From assembly GCA_965220745.1 (NCBI GenBank), contig CBDCQT010000012.1:736001-800000 (forward strand): a stretch of DNA of 64,000 bases. Reading direction: 5' to 3'. The number at the start of each line of letters is the position of its first letter. The first letter of the stretch is position 1. The notes beneath the pieces were generated by a model. The model did not search any database and had not been told where the DNA came from. It saw only the letters and a program-made list of their open reading frames with translations. The position numbers and the translations under genes are program-made. Positions 1 through 8,835 of this stretch are shown one piece after another. The stretch comes from Alphaproteobacteria bacterium (GTDB lineage: Bacteria > Pseudomonadota > Alphaproteobacteria > UBA828).

Positions 1-1
1 G

Positions 2-1135
2 CAGGGCATCTACACCAACGCCTGCCTGATCCGCGCCTATCACGCCGCGCGGGGCGAAGGCGGCACGCGGGACGAGATCATCACCACCGCCTTTTCGCAC
101 CCAGCCGATGCGGCGACGCCGGCGGTGGCCGGTTTCAAGGTCATCACGCTCATGCCGGGCGAGATGGGCTTCGCCGAGGTCGATGCGCTGAAGGCCGCGG
201 TCTCCGAGCGGACCGCCGGGCTGATGCTGACCAACCCCGAGGATACCGGGCAGTACAACCCCAACATCCGCGCGTTCGTGGACATCGTGCACGAGGCCGG
301 CGGGCTCTGCGCCTACGACCAGGCCAACGGCAATCCGCTGCTGGGGGTCGTGCGCGCGGGCGACACCGGCTTCGACATGTGCCAGTTCAACCTGCACAAG
401 ACCTTCTCCGCACCCCACGGCGCGCTCGGGCTGGGCTGCGCCGCGGTCGGCGTCAAGGCGCATCTGGAGCGGTTCCTGCCGCGCCCTCTCGTCACCTACG
501 ACGGCGAGCGCTACGGCCTGGATTACGAGCAGGGCGACGGGATCGAGAAGATCCGCGCCTTCATCGGCAACGTGCACGCGGTGCTCAAGGCCTATGCCTG
601 GGTGCGCAGCCTGGGCGCCGAGGGCCTGCGCGCGGTCGCCGAGACCGCGGTGCTCAACAACAACTACATGCTGCACCACATCCGGCAGATCGAGGGCACC
701 ACCATCCCCTGGCCCAAGAACACCTATCCCAAGCTGGAGCAGGTGCGCTACAGCTGGGAGCCGCTCTACGAGGAGACCGGCGTCGCCAGCCACGACGTGC
801 TGAACCGCATGGTCGATTTCGGCGTGCAGCACTACATGGAGAGCCACGTGCCGATGCTGGTGCCGCAGCCTTTCACCTTGGAGCCCGGCGAATCGCTGAC
901 CATCGCGGAGATGGATCACGTGCTCGATGCGCTGCGGCGGATCGCCGAGGAGGCCCGCAACACGCCGGAGCACGTGACCGCGGCCCCGCACAGCGCCGCC
1001 ATCAGGCCCGTCGACGGCGATGTGCCGGAGGACCCGGACTGCTGGGCCTTCACCTCGCGGGCCTACCGGCGCAAGCGGGGCAACTGGGCCAACGTCAAGC
1101 GCGGCCTGGGCGGCCACGGCGGCGGCTACAGCTAG
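2..1135 (+). CDS. gcvPB: Glycine dehydrogenase (decarboxylating) subunit 2-like PLP enzyme, 5'-truncated by window edge, divergent
   Basis: Frame open from base 2 (QGIYTNACLIRAYH...). PLP-lysine motif NLHKTFSAPHG, TNP and AVLNNNY motifs match GcvP-beta; several active-site loops deviate. Confidence 0.8.
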   Translation, partial: QGIYTNACLIRAYHAARGEGGTRDEIITTAFSHPADAATPAVAGFKVITLMPGEMGFAEVDALKAAVSERTAGLMLTNPEDTGQYNPNIRAFVDIVHEAGGLCAYDQANGNPLLGVVRAGDTGFDMCQFNLHKTFSAPHGALGLGCAAVGVKAHLERFLPRPLVTYDGERYGLDYEQGDGIEKIRAFIGNVHAVLKAYAWVRSLGAEGLRAVAETAVLNNNYMLHHIRQIEGTTIPWPKNTYPKLEQVRYSWEPLYEETGVASHDVLNRMVDFGVQHYMESHVPMLVPQPFTLEPGESLTIAEMDHVLDALRRIAEEARNTPEHVTAAPHSAAIRPVDGDVPEDPDCWAFTSRAYRRKRGNWANVKRGLGGHGGGYS

Positions 1136-1145
1136 TCGGTGCGCC

Positions 1146-2267
1146 ATGGCCGGGCCAGCACTCGGCCTCATCGTCAACCCGATCGCCGGCATGGGCGGCA
1201 GCGTCGGGCTCAAGGGCACGGACACGGCGGCGATCCTGAGCGAGGCCCGCGCGCGCGGCGCGAGGCCGCAGGCAGCGACGCGGGCAGCGGTGGTTCTGGA
1301 TGCGCTTGCTGCGGCGCGGCCGGGACTGGAGCTGCTCGCGGCCCCCGGCGAGATGGGGGAGGGGATCGCGCGCGAGGTCGGTCTGCGCCCGTCGGTGGTC
1401 GGCGCGCCGGCCGAGAGCGAGACCAGCGCGGCGGACACGCGCGCGGCGGCCAAGGCGATGGCAGCCGCCGGTGCCCGGCTCATCGTCTTCGCCGGCGGCG
1501 ACGGCACCGCCCGCGACATGGCGGCCGCCGTGGGCGACCGGGTGCCGGTGATCGGCGTGCCGGCAGGCGTGAAGATGCACTCGGCGATCTACGCGACCAG
1601 CCCGCGCGCCGCCGCCGACCTCGCGCTGAGAGCGCTGGCCCAGGATATCGATGCGCGGCCGCGGGAGGTCATGGACATCGACGAGGAGGCGTTCCGGGCC
1701 GGCGCCGTCTCGGCGAAGCTTTACGGTTATCTTCCAGTGCCTTATGCGCCTGATCTGACGCAAAGCGTGAAGGCAGGCGGTGTCAGCAGCGACCGCGCGG
1801 CACTCGGTGGGATCGCCGCCGAGATTGCAGGCCGGATGGAGGCCGGGCGGCTCTACATTCTGGGGCCCGGCACCACCACGCGGGCAATCGCCGACGCGCT
1901 CGGACTGTCCAAGACCCTGCTCGGCGTCGACCTGGTGCGGGACGGGACTGTGATCGGTGCCGATGCGAGCGAGGAGGGCATTCTGCGCGCGCTGGCGGAG
2001 AGCCCGCCCGGCGGGATCGTGGTCACGCCCATCGGCGGCCAGGGGCATTTTCTCGGGCGCGGCAACCAGCAGATCGGCGCGCGCGTGGTGCGGGCGGTGG
2101 GTCTCGAACGGCTGCTGGTCGCGGCGACGCCCGAAAAGATCGCGTCGCTGCGTGACGGCACGCTGCACGTCGATACCGGCGATCCCGAGTTGGATCAGGC
2201 GTTCGCCGGCTGGCGCCGCGTCATCACCGGGCGCGGCAACGAGACGGTGTGCCGCGTGGCCGCTTGA
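1146..2267 (+). CDS. ATP-NAD kinase-like protein (AcoX/COG3199-type)
   Basis: GLIVNPIAGMGGSVGLKGTD, GGDGTARD, GVKMHS and GRGNQQ motifs. ATG at 1146, 10 nt after the upstream stop. Confidence 0.85.
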   Translation: MAGPALGLIVNPIAGMGGSVGLKGTDTAAILSEARARGARPQAATRAAVVLDALAAARPGLELLAAPGEMGEGIAREVGLRPSVVGAPAESETSAADTRAAAKAMAAAGARLIVFAGGDGTARDMAAAVGDRVPVIGVPAGVKMHSAIYATSPRAAADLALRALAQDIDARPREVMDIDEEAFRAGAVSAKLYGYLPVPYAPDLTQSVKAGGVSSDRAALGGIAAEIAGRMEAGRLYILGPGTTTRAIADALGLSKTLLGVDLVRDGTVIGADASEEGILRALAESPPGGIVVTPIGGQGHFLGRGNQQIGARVVRAVGLERLLVAATPEKIASLRDGTLHVDTGDPELDQAFAGWRRVITGRGNETVCRVAA

Positions 2268-2343
2268 GCCGCTTCCCGTCCCTTGAGCGGGCGGGGGGCT
2301 TCCCGCAGGATGGCGGCGCTCTGCCGGGGCGGGGAGTAGGGAG

Positions 2344-3354
2344 ATGACGGAACTTTCCTGGGGTGTGCTCGGCGCTTCGTTCTTCGCCGTCGAGCACATG
2401 ATTCCGGCGCTGCAGCAGTCTGCCGGCCTCCGCGTCCACGGCATCGCGAGCCGCGAGCTAGCCAAGGCCGAGGCGGTGGCCGAGCGCTTCGGCCTGGCCC
2501 AGGCCTATGGCGACTACGAGTCCATGTTGGCCGATCCCGCCATCGACGTGGTCTTCAACCCGCTGCCCAATCACCTTCACGTGCCCTGGTCGGCGAAGGC
2601 GGCGCGCGCCGGCAAGCACGTGCTCTGCGAGAAGCCCATCGCGCTCAGCGCGGACGAGGCGGTGCAGCTCATCGCCGTCCGCGACGAGACCGGCATGCAG
2701 ATTCAGGAGGCTTACGTCGTCACCCATCATCCGCAATGGAAGCGGGTGCGGGAGCTGGTGCGCGCGGGCCGCATCGGACCCGTGCGGGCGATCCAGGGCT
2801 GGGTCAGCTATTGGCTGGACGACCCCGAGAACATCCGCAACAAGCGGGAGATGGGGGGCGGCGGACTGCTCGACATCGGCGTCTATCCGCTGTTGACCGC
2901 GCGCTACGTGTTCGAGGCCGATCCGATCCGCGCCTTCGCCGCCATCGAGCGGCACCCGGAATGGGGGACGGATGTGCTGGCCAGCGCGGTGCTGCAGTTC
3001 CCCGCCGGCATTCTGAGCTTCACCTGCGGCACCCTGTCGGCGGTCCATCAGCACATGGCGATCCACGGCACCGAGGGGCGGATCGAGCTGCCCGATCCCT
3101 TCGCCCAGTCGCCGACCCGCGAGGCGCGCCTCTCGATCCTGGGTCCGCGCCAGATCTGGGAGCCGCTCAACGAGGAGGTCGAGACCCTGGAACGGGTCAA
3201 CCAGTACGTGCCGCAGGCCGAAGCGTTCTGCGCTGCGGTGCGGGGCGAGGCGCCGCCGGCGTTCCCGCTGGAGGAGTCGGTCAAGATGATGCGGGCGCTG
3301 GATGCGTTGGCGCGCTCGGGCGAGAGCGGCCGGTGGGAGGAGGTCGGCGCTTGA
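2344..3354 (+). CDS. Gfo/Idh/MocA family NAD(P)-dependent oxidoreductase
   Basis: AGKHVLCEKP and GGGGLLDIGVY motifs; GGGAG RBS. Confidence 0.9.
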   Translation: MTELSWGVLGASFFAVEHMIPALQQSAGLRVHGIASRELAKAEAVAERFGLAQAYGDYESMLADPAIDVVFNPLPNHLHVPWSAKAARAGKHVLCEKPIALSADEAVQLIAVRDETGMQIQEAYVVTHHPQWKRVRELVRAGRIGPVRAIQGWVSYWLDDPENIRNKREMGGGGLLDIGVYPLLTARYVFEADPIRAFAAIERHPEWGTDVLASAVLQFPAGILSFTCGTLSAVHQHMAIHGTEGRIELPDPFAQSPTREARLSILGPRQIWEPLNEEVETLERVNQYVPQAEAFCAAVRGEAPPAFPLEESVKMMRALDALARSGESGRWEEVGA

Positions 3355-3451
3355 GCGCCCGGTGCTGCGGGCTGCGGTCGCTGCCTCCGGCAGCGCGAGG
3401 ACGCAGTCACTGCTATAACGGGCCGGAACCGATCGGGGCAGGGAAGGGGAC

Positions 3452-5431
3452 ATGACGACGGCACCGAGCGAGGCGCTCACGCTCTACGGCACCGAGCAGG
3501 AGGCGCCGCAAGCGCGGACCATCACCGCCGGCGCGCTCACGGCTGAGCTCGAGGCCGGCAAGCTGCGCTGGATCCGCTACGGCGGCGTGGAGGCGCTGCG
3601 CGGCCTTGCCTTCGTCGTGCGCGGCGGCGGCTGGGAGACCTATGCGCCGCAGATCGCCAACCTGGAGATCGAGGAGACGGACGGCGGCTTTCGCGTGGGC
3701 TACGACGGGCGCATCGACTCCGCCGACGGCGTGCTCACCTACCACGCTGACATCGTGGCGGAGAACGAGCGGAGCCTGGTCTTCACGGTCGAGTTCACGC
3801 CCGAGACCGAGTTCAGGACCAGCCGGACCGGCTTCGTCGTGCTGCACCCGGTGGAGGGCGTAGCGGGCGAGGCCTGCACCATCACCCACGGCGACGGCGC
3901 GGTGGAGGAGACCGCCTTCCCCGGCCTGATCAGCCCGTTTCAGCCCTTCTACGACATCGCCGCCATGCGCCACCGGGTCTCGCCGGGGGTCTGGCTCACC
4001 TGCCGCTTCGAAGGCGCCGACCCGTGGGAGACGGAGGACCAGCGCAACTGGACCGATGCCTCCTACAAGACTTACTACCGCCCGCTCGCGCTGCCCTTTC
4101 CTTATACGCTGGCTGCCGGCGAGACGCTGCGGCAGGTCGCGACGCTCAGCATCGAGGGGGGCTCGGCTGCGGTGGCGACCGGGGCAGGCGGCGACGATAC
4201 GGTGGAGATCGCCGTCGGCGGTGCGACCGGAACGCAGATGCCGGAGATCGGGCTCGGCGTTGCCAACCTGGAGCACGATCATCTCGACCACGGGCTCGAT
4301 CTGCTCAAGGCGCTCGGGCCGGGGCACATTGTCTGCGAATGCGACCCGCGCGACGCGCACGCCGCAGACGCGCTCTCCGCCGGCCGGGGCCTCGCCAAAG
4401 CCCTCGATGCCGAGGTGGTGCTGGAAATCACGGTGCCCTGCGAGCGGCCGGTGACGGACGAGCTGGCGCAGGCCGCCGAGATCGCGGGCCGCGCCGGGCT
4501 TTCGCCTGCTGCCATCGTGCCGGAGCAGGCGCGCCTCCTGAAGTTCACGCTGGAGAAGATCGCGGCCCTCGGCATCCCCGACTTCGACAAGGTCTACGGT
4601 GCGGCGCGCGCGGCGTTCCCCGGCGTGCGCCTGGGCGGCGGCGTCTTCACCAACTTCACGGAGCTTAATCGCAACTGCGCGACGCCCGACCTGTTCGACT
4701 TCCTGACCCACGCCACCTGCGCCGTGGTGCACGAGCCGGACGACCTCTCGGTGATCGAGACGCTGCAGACGTTGCCGGATATCGTCGCTTCGGCCAAGGC
4801 GCTGGCCGGCAGCAAGCCCTACCGTATCGCGCCGAGCGCCATCGGCATGCGCTTCAACCCCTATGGGCCTGACGTCCACCAGAACGGCGACAACGGGCGC
4901 TACTCCTTCAACCGCCAGGACCCGCGCCACCGCGCGCTGCTCGGCGCGGCCTTCACCCTGGGCTATGCGGCTCGGGTGGCGCCGCTCGGCCTGGAAGCGT
5001 TGGCGATCGGCCAGCCCTCCGGCGCGCTCGGCATGGTCTATCGCCGGACCGAGCACCCGCAGCCCTGGTTCGACGATCTCGACGGGCCGGCGGTGATGCC
5101 GCTCTATCACATCGTGACGGCGCTCGCGGCGGCGAAAGGGGCGGCAGTCCGCGCCGTGTCCAGCAGCGATGCGACGCAAGTGTTGGGGCTCGCCTGCGAG
5201 AACGGAGGCGGCACCCTGCTCTGGCTTGCCAACCTCACGCCGGCGCCCCAGACCGTGACCGTCTCCGGCCTCTCGGGCGGCACGGCCACCATCGGCCGGC
5301 TCGATGCGAGCAACTTCGTGGACGCTGTGACCGATCCGGCGGGCTTCGCTGCAAGCCCAGGCCAGCCGGGCGACCCCGGCCGCCTCGAATTGGCGCCGTT
5401 TGCCGTCTCGCGCATCCAGATCGGCGTCTAG
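3452..5431 (+). CDS. apnL: D-apionate lactonase-like protein
   Basis: 659 aa. LYGT...AGALTAELEAGKLRWIR, RTGFVVLHP, ETEDQRNWTDASYKTYYRPL and FTELNR motifs are typical of the ApnL family. Substrate not proven. Confidence 0.7.
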   Translation: MTTAPSEALTLYGTEQEAPQARTITAGALTAELEAGKLRWIRYGGVEALRGLAFVVRGGGWETYAPQIANLEIEETDGGFRVGYDGRIDSADGVLTYHADIVAENERSLVFTVEFTPETEFRTSRTGFVVLHPVEGVAGEACTITHGDGAVEETAFPGLISPFQPFYDIAAMRHRVSPGVWLTCRFEGADPWETEDQRNWTDASYKTYYRPLALPFPYTLAAGETLRQVATLSIEGGSAAVATGAGGDDTVEIAVGGATGTQMPEIGLGVANLEHDHLDHGLDLLKALGPGHIVCECDPRDAHAADALSAGRGLAKALDAEVVLEITVPCERPVTDELAQAAEIAGRAGLSPAAIVPEQARLLKFTLEKIAALGIPDFDKVYGAARAAFPGVRLGGGVFTNFTELNRNCATPDLFDFLTHATCAVVHEPDDLSVIETLQTLPDIVASAKALAGSKPYRIAPSAIGMRFNPYGPDVHQNGDNGRYSFNRQDPRHRALLGAAFTLGYAARVAPLGLEALAIGQPSGALGMVYRRTEHPQPWFDDLDGPAVMPLYHIVTALAAAKGAAVRAVSSSDATQVLGLACENGGGTLLWLANLTPAPQTVTVSGLSGGTATIGRLDASNFVDAVTDPAGFAASPGQPGDPGRLELAPFAVSRIQIGV

Positions 5432-5468
5432 CCGACAAGTATTCCGACGGATCGAAAAAGGGAAGGAC

Positions 5469-6269
5469 ATGGCAGAACACGCCCTCAAGGAGATGTCCCG
5501 CCACGGCCGGCTCAAGGTCGGTACCTTCGTGGTCGAGTTCAGCACGCCGGGAATCGGCCAGATCCTGAAGGCCGCCGGCTGCGAGTACGTGCTGCTCGAC
5601 ATGGAGCATTCGGGCTTCGGCTTCGACACGCTGAAGCAGATGCTGCGCTACATGCAGGCTGGCGACATGCCGGCGATCGTCCGCGTGCCGTCGCGCGAGT
5701 ACCACCACGCGGCGCGCGCCATGGACATGGGGGCCGAGGGCATCATGCTGCCGATGGTGGGCTCGGCCAAGGTAGCGAGGGAGCTGCTGAGCTACGTCAA
5801 GTATGCGCCCGAAGGAGAGCGCGGCGTCGCGCTGCAGATCGCGCACGACCGCTACGCGCCGGGGGACACGAAGAAGAAGCTGCGCGACGCCAACCGGCGC
5901 TGCACCTTCGTGGCCTTGATCGAGACCGCCGAGGGCATCGAGAACGTCGACGACATCGCGGCGATCGAAGATGTCGACGTGCTCTGGATCGGCCACTTCG
6001 ACCTCTCGGTTTCCATGGGCATCGCCGGCCAGTTCGACCACCCTGACTTCATCGCGGCGGTGGCGCGCGTGGTGCAGGCGGCGAAGAGGAACAACAAGTC
6101 CCTGGGTCGGCTGGTGCCCAACGTCGATGTCGGCGTGGCGCTGTTCAACGAAGGCTTCGACTTCATCTGCTATTCGGGCGATGTCTGGCTGCTGCAGCAG
6201 GCGATGCGCGAGGGCGCGGAGGGCCTGCGCGCCCAATGCAAGCGCGGCCGGCGGCGGCCGAAGAGATAA
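5469..6269 (+). CDS. HpcH/HpaI aldolase family protein
   Basis: LLDMEHS, VRVP, LIETAEGIENVDDIAA and IGHFDLSVSMG motifs; GGAAGG RBS before ATG 5469. Confidence 0.9.
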   Translation: MAEHALKEMSRHGRLKVGTFVVEFSTPGIGQILKAAGCEYVLLDMEHSGFGFDTLKQMLRYMQAGDMPAIVRVPSREYHHAARAMDMGAEGIMLPMVGSAKVARELLSYVKYAPEGERGVALQIAHDRYAPGDTKKKLRDANRRCTFVALIETAEGIENVDDIAAIEDVDVLWIGHFDLSVSMGIAGQFDHPDFIAAVARVVQAAKRNNKSLGRLVPNVDVGVALFNEGFDFICYSGDVWLLQQAMREGAEGLRAQCKRGRRRPKR

Positions 6270-6285
6270 GGGAGATCAACGGGTT

Positions 6286-7338
6286 ATGGCTGAAAAGTTT
6301 AGGGTTGCACTGAGCAGGGACTTTCTCACGGCGGAGGGCGAGCCGCTCTTCCCCATGTTCGACCGCACGCCGCTGGACGACGACCCGGATATCGAGTGGC
6401 GCTATCTGGAGAACGGCGAGGGGCCAGTGGACGCGTCCGAGCTTGCCGGTCACGACGCGCTGATCCTGCTGGCCCAGCGCTTCGATCGCTCCAGCGTGCC
6501 GGCCGACGGCCGGCTCACCATGGTCGCGCGCTTCGGCGTCGGCTACGACAGCGTGGACGTGGCCGCCTGCACCGACAACGACATCGCGCTGGTCATCACG
6601 CCCAACGGCGTGCGCCGGCCGGTGGCGGTCGCCATCATCGCGCTGATCCTCGCGGTCACCTGCAAGCTCCTGCTCAAGCACCAGCTCACCCTGGAGGGCC
6701 CGCCCGGCTTCGCCCGCAAGGGCGCCCACATGGGGGTGGGCCTCGTCGGCAAGACGCTCGGCTCGGTCGGCATCGGCAACATCGGGGCCGAGATGTTCCG
6801 CATGGCCGCCCCCTTCGACATGAACTTCATGGCCTGCGACCCCTACGCCGACCCGGCGGTGGCCGAAGAGCTTGGTGTGCAGATGGTCGGTCTCGACACG
6901 GTCTGTCGCGAGTCGGACATCCTGACCGTGAACTGCCCGCTCAGCGACGAGACCCACCACATCGTCGATGCGCGGCTGATCGGCCTGATGAAGCCCACGG
7001 CCTATTTCGTGAACACCTCGCGCGGCGGCACGGTCGACCAGAGGGCGTTGTGCGCGGCGCTGCAGGAGGGGCGGATCGCGGGCGCCGGCCTCGACGTGCT
7101 CGACCCGGAGCCGCCGGACCCGAGCGATCCCATCCTCAAGCTCGACAACGTGGTGTTCGCACCGCACGCGCTGGCCTGGACCGACCAGTGCTTCGCCGGG
7201 CTTGGCGCCGATGACATCGTCGCCTGCCAGGCCTTGATGCGGGGCGAGGCGCCTGCGGCGGTCGTCAACCGCGAGATTCTCGATAACGCGGCTTGGCGGG
7301 CCAAGCTCGCGCGCTACGCCGAGACCTTCGGCCGCTGA
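6286..7338 (+). CDS. D-isomer-specific 2-hydroxyacid dehydrogenase
   Basis: RFGVGYDSVD, GIGNIG, VNTSRG, AGLDV and APH motifs; GGAG RBS. Confidence 0.9.
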   Translation: MAEKFRVALSRDFLTAEGEPLFPMFDRTPLDDDPDIEWRYLENGEGPVDASELAGHDALILLAQRFDRSSVPADGRLTMVARFGVGYDSVDVAACTDNDIALVITPNGVRRPVAVAIIALILAVTCKLLLKHQLTLEGPPGFARKGAHMGVGLVGKTLGSVGIGNIGAEMFRMAAPFDMNFMACDPYADPAVAEELGVQMVGLDTVCRESDILTVNCPLSDETHHIVDARLIGLMKPTAYFVNTSRGGTVDQRALCAALQEGRIAGAGLDVLDPEPPDPSDPILKLDNVVFAPHALAWTDQCFAGLGADDIVACQALMRGEAPAAVVNREILDNAAWRAKLARYAETFGR

Positions 7339-7399
7339 TCGCGCGTCTTTGCCCGGATGCAACTCGTTACTGCGCGCGAGACCCTGTGGGCGCGAGCGA

Positions 7400-7607
7400 C
7401 CCGCACCATGGTGCGGTGCACGGTGGGCGCCGGCTGCGTCACGAATGCGCCATGACGTGCGTGCGCTGTAGGACCACGGCCGGCGGCGGCATGATGAGCG
7501 GGCTCGCTCGGTACGATCCCGCGCGCGTGGCCGGTCGCCGTGGAATCCCATCCCATCACACTTATCCCGCCTAATCCCGGCGCGTCCCGCATGAATTTTA
7601 TGTTCGC
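7400..7607 (-). repeat. Dispersed intergenic element, copy 1 (homologous to 48741-48917, opposite orientation)
   Basis: Minus strand reads GCGAACATAAAATTCATGCGGGACGCGCCGGGATTAGGCGGGA ... CATG-N9-TGACGC-N12-CCGTGCACCGCACCATGGTGCGGG; both blocks recur at 48741-48917. Confidence 0.75.
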
Positions 7608-7670
7608 ACGATCCCACTGGGCCCGCCGCAGGCCAGAAGCCCGGCCCCGCGCCGGAGGCCGCGGCGCGCC

Positions 7671-8828
7671 GTGACGGGCTTCGACTTCCCGCCGCCGGCG
7701 ATGCCGCCCGGCACCGACGCGCTCCGCGCCGAGGTCCGCGCCTTCCTCGCGGACTCGCAGGAGGCCCTGGGCTGGCGGCCGGATTCCGACTTCGGCTCTG
7801 ACTGGTCGGCCACCTTCAGCCGTGCCCTCGGTGCGCGGGGTTGGATCGGCATGTGCTGGCCCCGGCGCTATGGCGGGCACGAGCGCTCGGCGCTGGAGCG
7901 CTACGTCGTGATCGAGGAGCTGCTGGCGGCCGGCGCGCCGGTCTACGCCCATTGGGTGGCGGACAGGCAGAGCGGCCCGCTGCTGCTGCGCTTCGGCACC
8001 GAGGAACAGCGCCAGACGATCCTCCCCCGGATTGCCGCAGGCGAGTGCTACTTCGCCATCGGCATGAGCGAGCCCGATTCCGGCTCCGACCTCGCCTCGG
8101 TGCGCACCCGCGCTGAACGGACGGCGAACGGCTGGCGCATCAATGGCACCAAGGTGTGGACCAGCAACGCGCAACGCTCGCAGTACATGATCGCGCTCTG
8201 CCGCACGGGACCTGCCGGCGAGAGCCGCCACGAGGGCCTCAGCCAGTTCCTGATCGACCTCGAAGCCGACGGCGTGAAGGTCAGCCCGATCGTCAACTTG
8301 GCCGGCAAGCACGACTTCAACGAATGCGTCTTCGAGGATGTGGTGATTCCTGCCGACCGGCTGATCGGCCAGGAGGACGACGGCTGGCGTCAGGTGACCG
8401 GCGAGCTCGCACTGGAGCGGAGCGGGCCCGAGCGCATTCTTAGCACCTTCCATCTCTTCGCCGCGCTGGTCGAAGCGGTAGGCCCCGAGCCCGAGTCGCG
8501 GCTCGCCGAGGCGATCGGGCGCCTCACGGCGGAGTTCTACGCGCTGCGGGCCATGTCACTCGCGGTCGCCGGCCAGCTGGAGAAGGGGGAGCTACCGGAC
8601 GTCGAGGCCGCCATCGTCAAGGACATGGGCACGCGCTTCGAAGCCGAGGTCGTGGAGACGCTGCGCCACGCCGTGCCGGTCGAGCCCGTCGCGGGCGGAA
8701 GCGCCAACGCGCCGTCGCTCGAAGCCGCGTTGGGTGCGACGGTGCTGGGGCTGCCCTCGTTTACCCTGCGCGGCGGCACCAACGAGATCCTGCGCTCGAT
8801 CATCGCCCGTGGCCTGGGAGTCAGGTGA
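7671..8828 (+). CDS. Acyl-CoA dehydrogenase (alpha-type chain)
   Basis: IGMSEPDSGSDLASVRT, NGTKVWTS and TLRGGTNEILR motifs; GTG start with GGAGG upstream. Confidence 0.92.
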   Translation: MTGFDFPPPAMPPGTDALRAEVRAFLADSQEALGWRPDSDFGSDWSATFSRALGARGWIGMCWPRRYGGHERSALERYVVIEELLAAGAPVYAHWVADRQSGPLLLRFGTEEQRQTILPRIAAGECYFAIGMSEPDSGSDLASVRTRAERTANGWRINGTKVWTSNAQRSQYMIALCRTGPAGESRHEGLSQFLIDLEADGVKVSPIVNLAGKHDFNECVFEDVVIPADRLIGQEDDGWRQVTGELALERSGPERILSTFHLFAALVEAVGPEPESRLAEAIGRLTAEFYALRAMSLAVAGQLEKGELPDVEAAIVKDMGTRFEAEVVETLRHAVPVEPVAGGSANAPSLEAALGATVLGLPSFTLRGGTNEILRSIIARGLGVR

Positions 8829-8835
8829 AGGTGCG

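Noticed and set aside
3413-5629. 738-aa antisense ORF over the lactonase, and similar antisense ORFs such as 13566-15365, 35873-37846 and 49061-50992
   Set aside because: They mirror the real genes on the opposite strand and show no independent family signal.
7540-7620. ATCCC/GGGA repeats as a CRISPR array or simple microsatellite
   Set aside because: Units are 4-5 nt at about 10-nt spacing with no repeat-spacer structure and no cas genes. Treated as part of the dispersed element.
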